Source: an uncultured Candidatus Rokubacteria bacterium
GTDB lineage: Bacteria; Methylomirabilota; Methylomirabilia; Rokubacteriales; CSP1-6
Direction of reading: 5' to 3'
NCBI GenBank assembly: GCA_963771355.1
Contig: CAVYTA010000001.1
Span: 64,001-128,000, forward strand
DNA length: 64,000 nucleotides
Shown here in pieces: positions 20,359 to 29,348 of this stretch (its first letter is position 1; each line of letters begins with the position of its first letter). Under the pieces are notes generated by a model. The model was not told where the DNA came from. It saw nothing but the letters and a program-made list of their open reading frames with translations, and did not search any database. The position numbers and the translations under genes were made by a program.

Positions 20359-21180
20359 ATGCGCCTCGGCATCGTGCTGCCCCGAACGGAGACGGGCGGC
20401 CAGCCGCTGACGACCGGGAGCCTGACCGATGCGGCCCGTCGCATCGAGGAGGCCGGCTTCGACAGCGCCTGGGTGTTCGACTCCCTCGGCCGCGGCCGTC
20501 TCCTGCCCGACCCGTTGACCGCGCTCGCCGTGGCCGGCACGGTCACGCGCCGCCTCGAGCTGGGCACGGGGGTGCTACAGGTCCCACTGCGACGGCCGAT
20601 GGAGCTGGCCCACCGCGTGCTCACCACGCACCTCGTCTGCGGCGGGCGACTCCGACTCGGCGTGGGGGCGGGGTCGACCGCGGCGGACTTCGCGGCGGTG
20701 GGCGTGGACTTCACCTCCCGCTTCCGCCAGCTCGACGAGTCCCTCGGCATCATGCGGCAGCTCTGGGCGGGCGGCCGCGTCGGCGCCGCCGAGCTGGGAG
20801 CGCCGTGGCCGGTGGCCGCGGGCGGTCCGCCGATCCTGATCGGGTCCTGGGCGGGGTCCCGCTGGATCGAGCGCGCGGCCAAGGAGTTCGACGGCTGGGT
20901 GGCGTCAGGCGCTCGGAGCTCGTGGCGGCTCATCGCCGAGGGAATCGCGCGCTTCCGCGCGCTCGGAGGCAAGCGGGCCGTCCTCACCAACGTGAACGTG
21001 CGCCTCGCCGAGCAGCCGAGCCCGGACGGGCCGGACGATCCCTTCGATCTCATCGGGCCGCGATCGGTGGCCGTCGATCGGCTGCGCCACGTCCGGGAGC
21101 TGGGCTTCGACGACGTGGTGCTGGTCGCCTCGCGGCACGACGCCGCCCATCTCCGGGAGCTCCGCGAGCTCGGCGCCTAG
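20359..21180 (+). CDS. LLM class flavin-dependent oxidoreductase
   Basis: AGFDSAWVFD, DPLTALA, LELGTGVL, GRLRLGVGAG. Confidence 0.88.
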   Translation: MRLGIVLPRTETGGQPLTTGSLTDAARRIEEAGFDSAWVFDSLGRGRLLPDPLTALAVAGTVTRRLELGTGVLQVPLRRPMELAHRVLTTHLVCGGRLRLGVGAGSTAADFAAVGVDFTSRFRQLDESLGIMRQLWAGGRVGAAELGAPWPVAAGGPPILIGSWAGSRWIERAAKEFDGWVASGARSSWRLIAEGIARFRALGGKRAVLTNVNVRLAEQPSPDGPDDPFDLIGPRSVAVDRLRHVRELGFDDVVLVASRHDAAHLRELRELGA

Positions 21181-21785
21181 AGCTTGGGGATCTTCAGGGT
21201 CTTGCTGATCATCAGGCTACCGGAGAGAAAGAACAGCAGGACGGGGAGGTGCAGCTCCGCGCCGAGCACGCGGACCGGGTAAAGCGCGCCCAGGTAGAAG
21301 GCGAGCATCACGAGCCCGAGGGGCACGATGCTCGTGGGGATGGGTGTCCCCTCGAAGTGGTGGACCTTTCCCGTCTCGGTGGCGAGCTCGTCGGCGGTGA
21401 TGTTGAAGCGGGCCAGGCGGCTCAGCCCGCAACCCACGAAGTACATGAGGATGAGCTGATCGAGCCGGCTGTTGAGGCCCGCGGCGAAGGCGATGCCGGC
21501 CGGGGCCACGCCGAAGGAGATCACGTCGGCGAGCGAGTCCATCTCCCGCCCCATCGGGGACGCCGCGTGCCGCCAGCGCGCGATGCGTCCGTCCAGGACA
21601 TCGAAGACGAAGGCCAGGGGAATCAGGAGGGCCGCCACGTAGAGCTGGCGCCGGTCCCCGGTGGCGAGGAATCCCATGGCCTCGAACAGGGCGGCGACGC
21701 CGCAGAAGCCGTTGGCGATGGTGAAAAGATCCGCCAGGTGAAAATTGCGGATCATGGAGAAGTGCGTGCGCGGCGGGGACGCCAT
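21177..21785 (-). CDS. pssA: CDP-diacylglycerol--serine O-phosphatidyltransferase
   Basis: CDP-alcohol phosphotransferase motif DVLDGRIAR..GREMDSLADVISFG, plus RLARFN and FEGTPIP. Confidence 0.9.
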   Translation of the reverse strand: MASPPRTHFSMIRNFHLADLFTIANGFCGVAALFEAMGFLATGDRRQLYVAALLIPLAFVFDVLDGRIARWRHAASPMGREMDSLADVISFGVAPAGIAFAAGLNSRLDQLILMYFVGCGLSRLARFNITADELATETGKVHHFEGTPIPTSIVPLGLVMLAFYLGALYPVRVLGAELHLPVLLFFLSGSLMISKTLKIPKL

Positions 21786-21896
21786 GCCGACCATCCTGCC
21801 CGGAGGCCGTGTCATGGTCAAGCTTGCCCGGAAGCGCGAGGGCGTCCCGCCCAGAACCGGGACGCCCTCGTTATCGATAGAGCTCGAGACGCTCGC

Positions 21897-23693
21897 TCAG
21901 ACGGGTCCGTACTGCCGTCGCAACGATTCGAGCAGCGCCTGAACGGGCCACGCCTGGCCCACGCCCACGAGCGAGGTCTGTACGTACAGCGGATCGACCA
22001 TGGTGCTGCCGATGCCGGCGCCGAGCGGGACGCTCGAAACCGCCGGTGCGAACTCCCGCCGCTCCGGACCCGGCTGCAGAACCCGTTCGAGCCCGTGGAG
22101 TCGAGGCAAGCCCGCGCCGCTGCGGCCGGGGCCGAAGGGGTAGGGGACGCACATCGATCGGATCGTGTTGAAGAGCGCGGCGACGCGCTCCTGGGTCCGG
22201 GCGCGCAGCGGCCCGAGGAAGGCGGGATGATGGGCGAGCAAGAGGGCGGCGAGACCGGTCACGTGGGGCGCCGCCATCGAGGTGCCCGACTGCGACTCGA
22301 AGCCGCCGGGGACGGTGGACACGATAGCCACGCCCGGAGCGCACACCGCCACCTCCGGGCCGATACAGCTGAAGCTCGGCGAGAAAATGCCATCCGGGGC
22401 GATCAGGCTGGGCCGCACCGTGGTGGCCTCCCACGTCTCGTCCGGATACTCGTTGAGGCGCCCGACCGCGCCGACCCCGAGCGTATAGGGCGATGACGCC
22501 GGATAGAGCACCGGGCCGCCGGAATTGCCTCCCGCCACGACGCAGGCGATCCCATGGAGCGCGGCCTCCTCGAGCTTCTGCTCGATCGCGAGCGAGCGCT
22601 GCACGCTACCTAGGCTCAGGTTGACGACGTCGATCTCGAGATCGAGGCAATAGTTCAGGGCCTCGAGGAGGCTGCTGAACCGGCCGCCCGGGAATACCTT
22701 CACCACATGGATCTCCGCCTCCGGCACGAAGCCGCGAAGCGCCTTGCCCGATTCGTCATGGGCGGCGATGATACCGGCGCAGTGCGAGCCGTGACCGACG
22801 ACGTCGTGCGTCCAGGTTTGAGCGTCGGCGCCGTTCATCAGGTCCACGCCGTGCCGGATGTGGCGAAGCAGCGAGTGGGTGGTGTCCACCCCGGAATCCA
22901 CGATAGCGATCCGCACCCCCTTACCCGTGAGTGTCTCCGGGAGTCGGTCGAGGCCCATCTGGCGCTGTCCCCACCCATACCGGAAGTTCCCCGGGAACCC
23001 GACCAGGGTCTCCTCGATGGCGCGGAGCCGGACCACGTTGACCTCGCCGTCCAGCAGCTCCGGCTCGGTGAGGTAGACATCCCAGTAGTTGCTCGGCGCG
23101 CTCGCAAACAGGGAGCGCGGGCGCTGCCCCGGCAGCGTGAGCAGGGGCAGGGTGATCTCGCCCCGCTTGTCCGTTCGTCCCTCCTGGGGGAAGCCCTCAC
23201 CGGCGAGGCTCACGCCGACATGGGCGAGCGGCTTCTCGGCGTCGCCGATCACCCGGAAGCGGATCTGGCGGGTCTCGACGCTGCCGGCATGGTTCCAGGA
23301 GGCGAGCCGCGTCGGCGCGGGGCGTGAGAGTCCGGCCGGCGTCCCGTATTCGAGCGCAGCGTCCTCCTCGAGGAGGAGCGGCGGGGGAAGCATCTGGCTG
23401 ACCAGCTCCGCACGGTCGTGATCGATTCGCACCACGTACACCTCGGTCGCCTCGTCGGGGACCAGCGAGTAGGCGGAGACCGCCCGTCGCGGGCGTAGCA
23501 CGCGCACGATGTCCAGACCCGGAAGCTGTCCGATCACGGCGCGCACGGCGCCGGCCGGCATGGGCCGTAGGCCTGCGTTGAGTGCCTGGCTTCCACGCCG
23601 CGGGGCGAGGATGAACTGCCGCTTGCCTTGCTGCAGGATTCGCGTCGCCGGCGGCGGCGTCACGCTCGGGGGCCTGATGCCTTCATCGGCCAT
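21897..23693 (-). CDS. S8 (subtilisin-like) serine peptidase with a long N-terminal region and no signal peptide
   Basis: Catalytic triad IAIVDSG / GHGSHCAG / SGTSMAAPHV and oxyanion AGGN. RBS ggagg before ATG 23693. Confidence 0.93.
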   Translation of the reverse strand: MADEGIRPPSVTPPPATRILQQGKRQFILAPRRGSQALNAGLRPMPAGAVRAVIGQLPGLDIVRVLRPRRAVSAYSLVPDEATEVYVVRIDHDRAELVSQMLPPPLLLEEDAALEYGTPAGLSRPAPTRLASWNHAGSVETRQIRFRVIGDAEKPLAHVGVSLAGEGFPQEGRTDKRGEITLPLLTLPGQRPRSLFASAPSNYWDVYLTEPELLDGEVNVVRLRAIEETLVGFPGNFRYGWGQRQMGLDRLPETLTGKGVRIAIVDSGVDTTHSLLRHIRHGVDLMNGADAQTWTHDVVGHGSHCAGIIAAHDESGKALRGFVPEAEIHVVKVFPGGRFSSLLEALNYCLDLEIDVVNLSLGSVQRSLAIEQKLEEAALHGIACVVAGGNSGGPVLYPASSPYTLGVGAVGRLNEYPDETWEATTVRPSLIAPDGIFSPSFSCIGPEVAVCAPGVAIVSTVPGGFESQSGTSMAAPHVTGLAALLLAHHPAFLGPLRARTQERVAALFNTIRSMCVPYPFGPGRSGAGLPRLHGLERVLQPGPERREFAPAVSSVPLGAGIGSTMVDPLYVQTSLVGVGQAWPVQALLESLRRQYGPV

Positions 23694-23730
23694 TGGGGGA
23701 TCCTCCATGGTAGACGGTGTTTCCGTTCCC

Positions 23731-23764
23731 GATGGGGCGGACGGTCCCGGCCGTCCGCCCCATC
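23731..23764. repeat. Perfect 14-bp inverted repeat (intercistronic hairpin)
   Basis: gatggggcggacgg-tcccgg-ccgtccgccccatc between the Q-rich gene and the peptidase. Confidence 0.85.
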
Positions 23765-23816
23765 CCGCTGTCGAGCCGGTCTACGTCACGAAACGCTGCA
23801 TCAGCAGGACGCTGCA

Positions 23817-24267
23817 TCAGCCGGCGTAGGTCAGGATGCCGCGACCCGCCGCGCCGGAATACTGGGGCTGTCCCGCCCAGCCCCCGGTGGCCTGCCAGGG
23901 CGACGGCCAGAGCTGCGACTGGCCATACTGCGGCTGGCCGAACGGCGACTGCCCGAACGGCGCACTGCCCGAACGGCTGCATCTGCCCGAACTGTGGCGG
24001 CCCGAACTGGCCCGGCACATGGCCAAAGAGACTCTGCGGGGTCAAGCCGGCCAGGGGCGACCCGGCAATCTGCTGTGTGAGGCCGGCGAGCTGCGCTTGC
24101 TGAAGGCTCTGTGCCACCAGGTTCACGATCGAGCTCTGCGGGACGAGGCCGATGATCGGCACGAAGCCCGCCATCGGCGGCTGGCCGAACTGCTGGTACG
24201 GCCCGGGCTGGTGTCCGAGCGCTCCTAGGGGTGCGAACGCGTGCTGGGTGGAGGTGTCGAACATCAT
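23817..24267 (-). CDS. Gln/Pro/Gly-rich low-complexity protein with (S/Q)PFGQ repeats, apparent 1-nt insertion near 23963
   Basis: RBS aaaggag before ATG 24267. ORFs 23683-24267 and 23817-24026 join if one base is removed from the 15-bp repeat (cagtgcgccg to cagtcgccg), giving ~149 aa ending GILTYAG. Confidence 0.75.
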
Positions 24268-24320
24268 TCGGACTCCTTTCTGGTGTCTGGGATGAGGTAC
24301 CGGCCGACGTGGAGAGGCAT

Positions 24321-24336
24321 CGCAATCCGCTTGCCA
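24321..24336 (-). promoter_or_regulatory. sigma-54 (-24/-12) promoter
   Basis: TGGCAAGCGGATTGCG (GG-N10-GC), about 55 nt upstream of the Q-rich gene. Confidence 0.75.
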
Positions 24337-24528
24337 GCTTCGGCAGACGACGGCAAGACGCTACCGACAAATGCATTTCTCGATCTGGTCGATGGGGGCG
24401 CGGATTGCCGTGCGCGGAAGCGGGCGCCAGAGCGCCACACGTGCGGCATCCCGAGCTCGAGAGGAGGAGCGGAAGTTCGGGAGCTTAGCGGCGGTGTGGC
24501 GGTTCCGCCCGCGGTGAGCGCCCGCGTC

Positions 24529-25533
24529 TCACTGGCGCTCGCCCGGAGAGATCCCGTGCCGCTTGGTCAGCCGATAGAGCGTGCGGCGGTGGATACCGAG
24601 GAGCTGGGCGGCGAGCTTCTTGTTCCACCCCGCTTCTTTCAGCGCCCGCCGCAAATGGCCTTTGACCACCTCTTGAAGGCTCAAGGGCGGTGCGGCGGCG
24701 GCTCCCGCCCCTTCGACGGCATCGACGAGCTTGCGCGGCAGGTCCTCAGGGGAGAGGAGGGAACTCGCGCTCAGGGCGGCGGCCTGCTCGACGGCGTGCT
24801 GGAGCTCACGGACGTTTCCAGGCCAGTCGTAGGCGACGAGCCGGGCCATGGCCTCGGGGGTGATGCGGCACGCCGGCCGGGCGTTCACGTCGGCGTAGGC
24901 TTCCAGGAAATGACGCGCGAGGAGGGGGATGTCCTCACGGCGCTCCCGCAGCGGAGGCAGGGAGATCGTCACGACGCTCAGCCGGTAAAAGAGATCCTCC
25001 CGGAACTTGCCGTCCGCGACGAGCGCGCCCAGATCCTTGTTCGTGGCGGCGATGACCCGGACGTCGACCTTGAAGCGATCGGTTCCGCCTACCCGCCGCA
25101 CCTCGCGCTCCTGGAGCACGCGCAGGAGGCGCGCCTGCACGCCGGGGCTGACCTCGCCGATCTCATCGAGGAAGCACGTCCCTCCCCCCGCCACCTCGAA
25201 GAGTCCCCGCTTGTCCGCGACGGCGCCGGTGAAGGCCCCCTTTGTATGGCCGAAGAGCTCGGTCTCCAGCAGGCTTTCCGCGAGCGCGCTGCAGTCGACG
25301 GGGACGAACGGCTGGTCGCTCCGGCGGCTCGCGGTATGGACGGCCCGCGCGATCAGCTCCTTGCCGGTGCCGGTCTCTCCCTGGATGAGGACGGTGCTCG
25401 TCGTCGGGGCCACGCGCGCGACCATCCGGTACACCTCGAGCATCGGCTCCGCGATGCCCACGATACCGTGGATCTCGCCGCTCGGATCGGTCGCCGCCGG
25501 GGCGGTCTCCGTGAACCGGGACTGGGCCATCAC
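24529..25533 (-). CDS. sigma-54 enhancer-binding protein (AAA+ and Fis-type HTH) without an N-terminal regulatory domain
   Basis: GETGTGKE, ELFGHTKGAFTGA, FLDEIGE, WPGNVREL and a C-terminal HTH. Only ~22 residues precede the AAA+ domain. Confidence 0.93.
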   Translation of the reverse strand: MMAQSRFTETAPAATDPSGEIHGIVGIAEPMLEVYRMVARVAPTTSTVLIQGETGTGKELIARAVHTASRRSDQPFVPVDCSALAESLLETELFGHTKGAFTGAVADKRGLFEVAGGGTCFLDEIGEVSPGVQARLLRVLQEREVRRVGGTDRFKVDVRVIAATNKDLGALVADGKFREDLFYRLSVVTISLPPLRERREDIPLLARHFLEAYADVNARPACRITPEAMARLVAYDWPGNVRELQHAVEQAAALSASSLLSPEDLPRKLVDAVEGAGAAAAPPLSLQEVVKGHLRRALKEAGWNKKLAAQLLGIHRRTLYRLTKRHGISPGERQ

Positions 25534-25674
25534 TTCCTCCTTCGACGCGGTCGAGGGTCGGTCATTCGGGGATGTCGGTGGACGCGTGCGTTCGGAGGTG
25601 ACGACGGATCAGTGCGGACTATCGTGGCGCGGAGTTAGAGTCATTTCGGTGACGTTCGGACTCTCGACGAATTC

Positions 25675-25704
25675 ACGCTAGCCCCGGCATCGGGGGGCTG
25701 TCAA
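25675..25704 (-). promoter_or_regulatory. Possible sigma-70 promoter for the activator gene
   Basis: Minus strand TTGACA-N18-TAGCGT. Confidence 0.45.
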
Positions 25705-25787
25705 GCAAATCCGGGAAATGTGACTCTTCGGTTGCGATCAGAGCCGGCGAGAGGCGACCGCGGCGAGATCCATCGGCGTCCCGGATC

Positions 25788-26705
25788 CTAGACGGGCCCG
25801 GATGCCGTCCGCCCGGCCACTTGCGGGGTGGTGGGCCCGTCGCCCATCAGCGTCGTGCGCCGCATGTCCCGCGGCTCGTGGGCCGGGAATGGACGCGCGC
25901 GGTGCATGGTCTGGCGGTTGTCCCAGATGACGAGGTCGTGCACCCGCCATGCGTGCGCGTAGACGAACTGGCGCTGGGTGGCGTGCTCGACCAGATCGCG
26001 CAGGAAGGCACGCGCCTCCGGCACCGGCCAGTCGAGGATGCCGCCGGCGTGCGAGGAGAGATACAGCGACTTCCGGCCCGTGACCGGGTGCGTACGCACC
26101 AGCACCTGGCGGACGGGAGCGAAGCGCTCGCGCTCCTCGTCGGTGAAGTCGGTGAAGCCAAGGATCGAGCGCGAGAAGATCTGGGAGTGCTCGCAGATCA
26201 GGCCCTCGACCTCTGCCTTGGTCTCGGCGTCCAGCGCGTCGTAGGCCGCCCGCATATCGGCGAACTCCGTGTTGCCGCCACGGGACGGAACGCTGCGAGC
26301 GTGGAGCAGGGAGTACTTCGCCGGGGTGGGCTTGAACGAGCTGTCGGAGTGCCAGAGGCGATTGCCCAGGCCGAACAGCCGCGGCCGGTCGTCCCGCTTG
26401 AACACCTGGTTGTCCTTGTTCAGGTTCGACACGTCCGCAAAGGTGGTGGGCAGGCGCGCGTCATTGTCCGCGCGGAGGCCGGTGCCGATGGCGTGCTCGA
26501 TGTCGCCCAGGCCGCGCGTGAAGGCGAGCTGCTGGTCGTTGTCGAGCTTCTGGTCGTGGAAGACCAGCACCGCGTACTGATCCATGCCGGCGTGGACGGC
26601 GGCGTTCTCCTCGGGCGAGAGGGGACGCCGGAGGTCGAGGCCCTCGACCTCGCCGGCGAAGCAGGGCCCGACCTGACGGATGCGGATCGACGTGGCCACG
26701 GTCAT
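25788..26705 (-). CDS. TauD/TfdA family 2-oxoglutarate-dependent dioxygenase
   Basis: NRLWHSDSSF (HxD), GGNTEFADMRAAYD, WDNRQTMHR. Confidence 0.93.
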   Translation of the reverse strand: MTVATSIRIRQVGPCFAGEVEGLDLRRPLSPEENAAVHAGMDQYAVLVFHDQKLDNDQQLAFTRGLGDIEHAIGTGLRADNDARLPTTFADVSNLNKDNQVFKRDDRPRLFGLGNRLWHSDSSFKPTPAKYSLLHARSVPSRGGNTEFADMRAAYDALDAETKAEVEGLICEHSQIFSRSILGFTDFTDEERERFAPVRQVLVRTHPVTGRKSLYLSSHAGGILDWPVPEARAFLRDLVEHATQRQFVYAHAWRVHDLVIWDNRQTMHRARPFPAHEPRDMRRTTLMGDGPTTPQVAGRTASGPV

Positions 26706-26928
26706 GGCATGCCTCCGTAGAGCGGTTTCGTGGCCGGGGCCGCGCCCTCGGCCAGCGTTGCCAGCCTCGCCCAGGCGATGTCCGGATGTACGCGCCCGTC
26801 CAGGAGCTTCCCGTCCAGGCCTGCCGAGTGCTGGCGCCGGGTCATCCGTTCGATCCTGCCCTGAGGCCCTCGCCGGGTCAAGTTGCCCCGGCGGTCGGCC
26901 CCGGATGTGAAACACTCGAGACATACGG

Positions 26929-27351
26929 ATGGAGCCCCGGGACATCGAACGAGGGGACGCCCGGCTGCGGAAGGCGGCGATCCTGGCCTTGCTGCTCACG
27001 CTCGGGGTGGGCGCGGGCGCGATTGTCGGGCTGCAGCACTGGCTCGACTCGCTGCGAGTGCGGCCCGCTCCGGAGGCGAGGCAGGCGCTCGCCACGGCAC
27101 TGGTGTGGAGCACCGGCACGATCTGCGTCGTGATCCTGGCCGCGGCCGTCCACGCGTGGCGACTGGGCGCGCGCGTCCGCGACGCGTCTCGATTTCCGCC
27201 GCCGGGGATGCGGGTCATCCGCGACACGGTCGTTCTTCATGGGTCGGCGGCCCGGCGTCGAGGCCAGCTCTTGCAGGGACTCGCGGTGGCACTGGTGCTG
27301 GGCGGGGTGGGCCTGTTCGTGGCCGCGTTGCGTCTGTATTCAGCGCCGTGA
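26929..27351 (+). CDS. Hypothetical membrane protein (3 TM)
   Basis: Three hydrophobic segments and an RFPPPG loop. Confidence 0.65.
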   Translation: MEPRDIERGDARLRKAAILALLLTLGVGAGAIVGLQHWLDSLRVRPAPEARQALATALVWSTGTICVVILAAAVHAWRLGARVRDASRFPPPGMRVIRDTVVLHGSAARRRGQLLQGLAVALVLGGVGLFVAALRLYSAP

Positions 27352-27527
27352 GGCGACGGGGCTGGCGCGAGCGGACAAGGTGATTGAATGAGGTGCCGCG
27401 GTCATGGGGTCCACGCCACGCGACTCACGACCGAGTAGCCGGCTTCCCGAAAGCCCCCCAACTTTGCTACTCTTTGCGGGAGCCGGGGCCGAGGTCAGGG
27501 CCTCGCCACAGGGGGACGTCGAGCGCG

Positions 27528-28460
27528 ATGCCGAGCAATACGAAAGAGCTCAGGATCTGGATGAATGGGAAGCTGGTCTCACAGGCGGAGGCGGTGCTGC
27601 CGGTGAACAGCGCGGCGGTGTTCTACGCCACCAACGTCTTCGAGGGCCTTCGGGCCTACTGGAACGAGAAGGACGGAGAGCTCTATGCCTTCCGCCTGGC
27701 CGAGCACTTCGCCCGGCTGCGGGAGTCCATGAAGATGATGCGGTTCACCGTGCCCTACGCCGACCTCGATCTCTACGAGGCGGTGCGCGACACGCTCAAG
27801 GGCAACGAGCTGCGCGAGGACGTGCACATGCACCTGGTGGCCTATGTGAGCGGCGCCGGGCTCGACGCCACGTCGCCCACCGGGCTCTACATCAATCCGC
27901 GCCGTCGCGCGCGCATCGCCGAGGGCGCGGGGCTGAATTGCTGCATCACCTCGTGGCAGCGCACCTCGGACAATGCCATCCCCATCCGGCTCAAGTCCGG
28001 CTCCAACTACCAGAACGGCCGCCTCGCCACGCTCCAGGCCAAGGCCGACGGCTATGACGCGCCCATCTTCCTGAATCAAGGCGGGACGGTGGCGGAGGGG
28101 TCCGGGGCCACCTTCTTCATGATCCGGCGCGGGCAGCTCATCACGCCGCCGCTGACCAGCGACATCCTCGAGTCCATCACGCGGACCACCCTCATCGAGT
28201 CCATCGCGCCGGCGCTGGGCATGGAGGTGGTGGAGCGGCACATCGCGCGCACGGAGCTCTACGTCGCCGACGAGGCCTTCTTCTGCGGCAGCGGCTACGA
28301 GATCACGCCGATCCTGTCCGTGGACCGCTTCAAGCTGGGTCAAGGCGGGGTGGGGCCGCTCACGCAGCGGCTGATGGACACCTACATGAACGTCGTGCGC
28401 GGCGTGGACTCGCGCTTCCCGGAGTGGCGGACGCCCGTCTACCGCGCGGTCACCGTCTAG
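27528..28460 (+). CDS. ilvE: Branched-chain amino acid aminotransferase family (PLP class IV)
   Basis: VFEGLRAY, LKSGSNY, AEGSGATFF, ILESITR, ADEAFFCG. Confidence 0.85.
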   Translation: MPSNTKELRIWMNGKLVSQAEAVLPVNSAAVFYATNVFEGLRAYWNEKDGELYAFRLAEHFARLRESMKMMRFTVPYADLDLYEAVRDTLKGNELREDVHMHLVAYVSGAGLDATSPTGLYINPRRRARIAEGAGLNCCITSWQRTSDNAIPIRLKSGSNYQNGRLATLQAKADGYDAPIFLNQGGTVAEGSGATFFMIRRGQLITPPLTSDILESITRTTLIESIAPALGMEVVERHIARTELYVADEAFFCGSGYEITPILSVDRFKLGQGGVGPLTQRLMDTYMNVVRGVDSRFPEWRTPVYRAVTV

Positions 28461-28526
28461 CCCGCCCGCATCATGCCGGTGCGCGCTCGATCCGGGCGCG
28501 CGCCGGCCGAGCTTCTACTCCTGCTT

Positions 28527-29348
28527 CTACTCCAAGAATCCGTTCAGCTCCGGCGTGGGCACCGACGTGTCCACGTACACGAAGGTCCCCCTGTCCTTCA
28601 CCTCGCGCGCGGCGGCGAGGAGTCCCGTCATCGCCGCGCGGTAGAGTGAGGTGGCGAGGCTGATCCGCTTCACGCCCGCCGCCGTCAGCTCGGCCACCGT
28701 GAACGACTTGCCCTTGATGCCCACCATGAAGTTGAACGGCTTCTTCAGCGCCGCGCACACTGCCTTCACCGAGGCCAGATCGGGCAGCCCCGGCGCGAAG
28801 AGCACGTCGGCCCCCGCCTGCTCGAAGGCCTGGAGCCGCGCGATGGTGTCGGCCAGGTCCGGATTGCCGCGCAGGAAATTCTCCGACCGCGCGGTGAGGG
28901 TGAACGGGAAGGGCAGCGCGCGTGCCGCCTTCACCGAAGCCGCCACGCGCTCGGCGGCGGTGGCGAGATCGTAGAGCGGCCTATCCTTGTCGCCGGTGGC
29001 GTCCTCGATGGAGCCGCCGATGAGGCCCACCTCCGCGGCGCGGCGGATGGTCTCGGCCGCGTCCGACGGCTTGTCGCCGAAGCCTTTTTCCAGATCCGCC
29101 GCCACCGGGAGGTCGGTGGCCAGCACGATGGCGCGGGCATGGGCCAGCGCCTCGTCGCGCGACACCTTGCCGTCGCGGCGACCGAGCGTGCCGGCCTGCG
29201 CCCCGCTCGAGGTGGCCAGGGCCTGGAAGCCGAGGCCGGCGAGGATGCGCGCGGAGGCGCCGTCCCAGGGATTGGGAATCACGAAGGAGCCGGGCGCCTC
29301 GTGCAGCGCGCGGAAACGAATGGCCTTGTCCTGCTGGCTGGTGGGCAT
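28527..29348 (-). CDS. Isocitrate lyase/PEP mutase family protein
   Basis: PNPWDGASA, ATSS, ADLEKGF, GGSIED, GADVLFAPG. Confidence 0.9.
   Translation of the reverse strand: MPTSQQDKAIRFRALHEAPGSFVIPNPWDGASARILAGLGFQALATSSGAQAGTLGRRDGKVSRDEALAHARAIVLATDLPVAADLEKGFGDKPSDAAETIRRAAEVGLIGGSIEDATGDKDRPLYDLATAAERVAASVKAARALPFPFTLTARSENFLRGNPDLADTIARLQAFEQAGADVLFAPGLPDLASVKAVCAALKKPFNFMVGIKGKSFTVAELTAAGVKRISLATSLYRAAMTGLLAAAREVKDRGTFVYVDTSVPTPELNGFLE

Noticed and set aside
23930..24012. Short repeats as a CRISPR array
   Set aside because: These are 15-bp coding repeats with no unique spacers, and there are no cas genes.
28511..28534. 12-bp tandem duplication gcttctactcc(t/a) at a stop codon as an insertion scar
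   Set aside because: The copies are adjacent with nothing between them and no mobile element is nearby. Simple slippage is enough to explain it.
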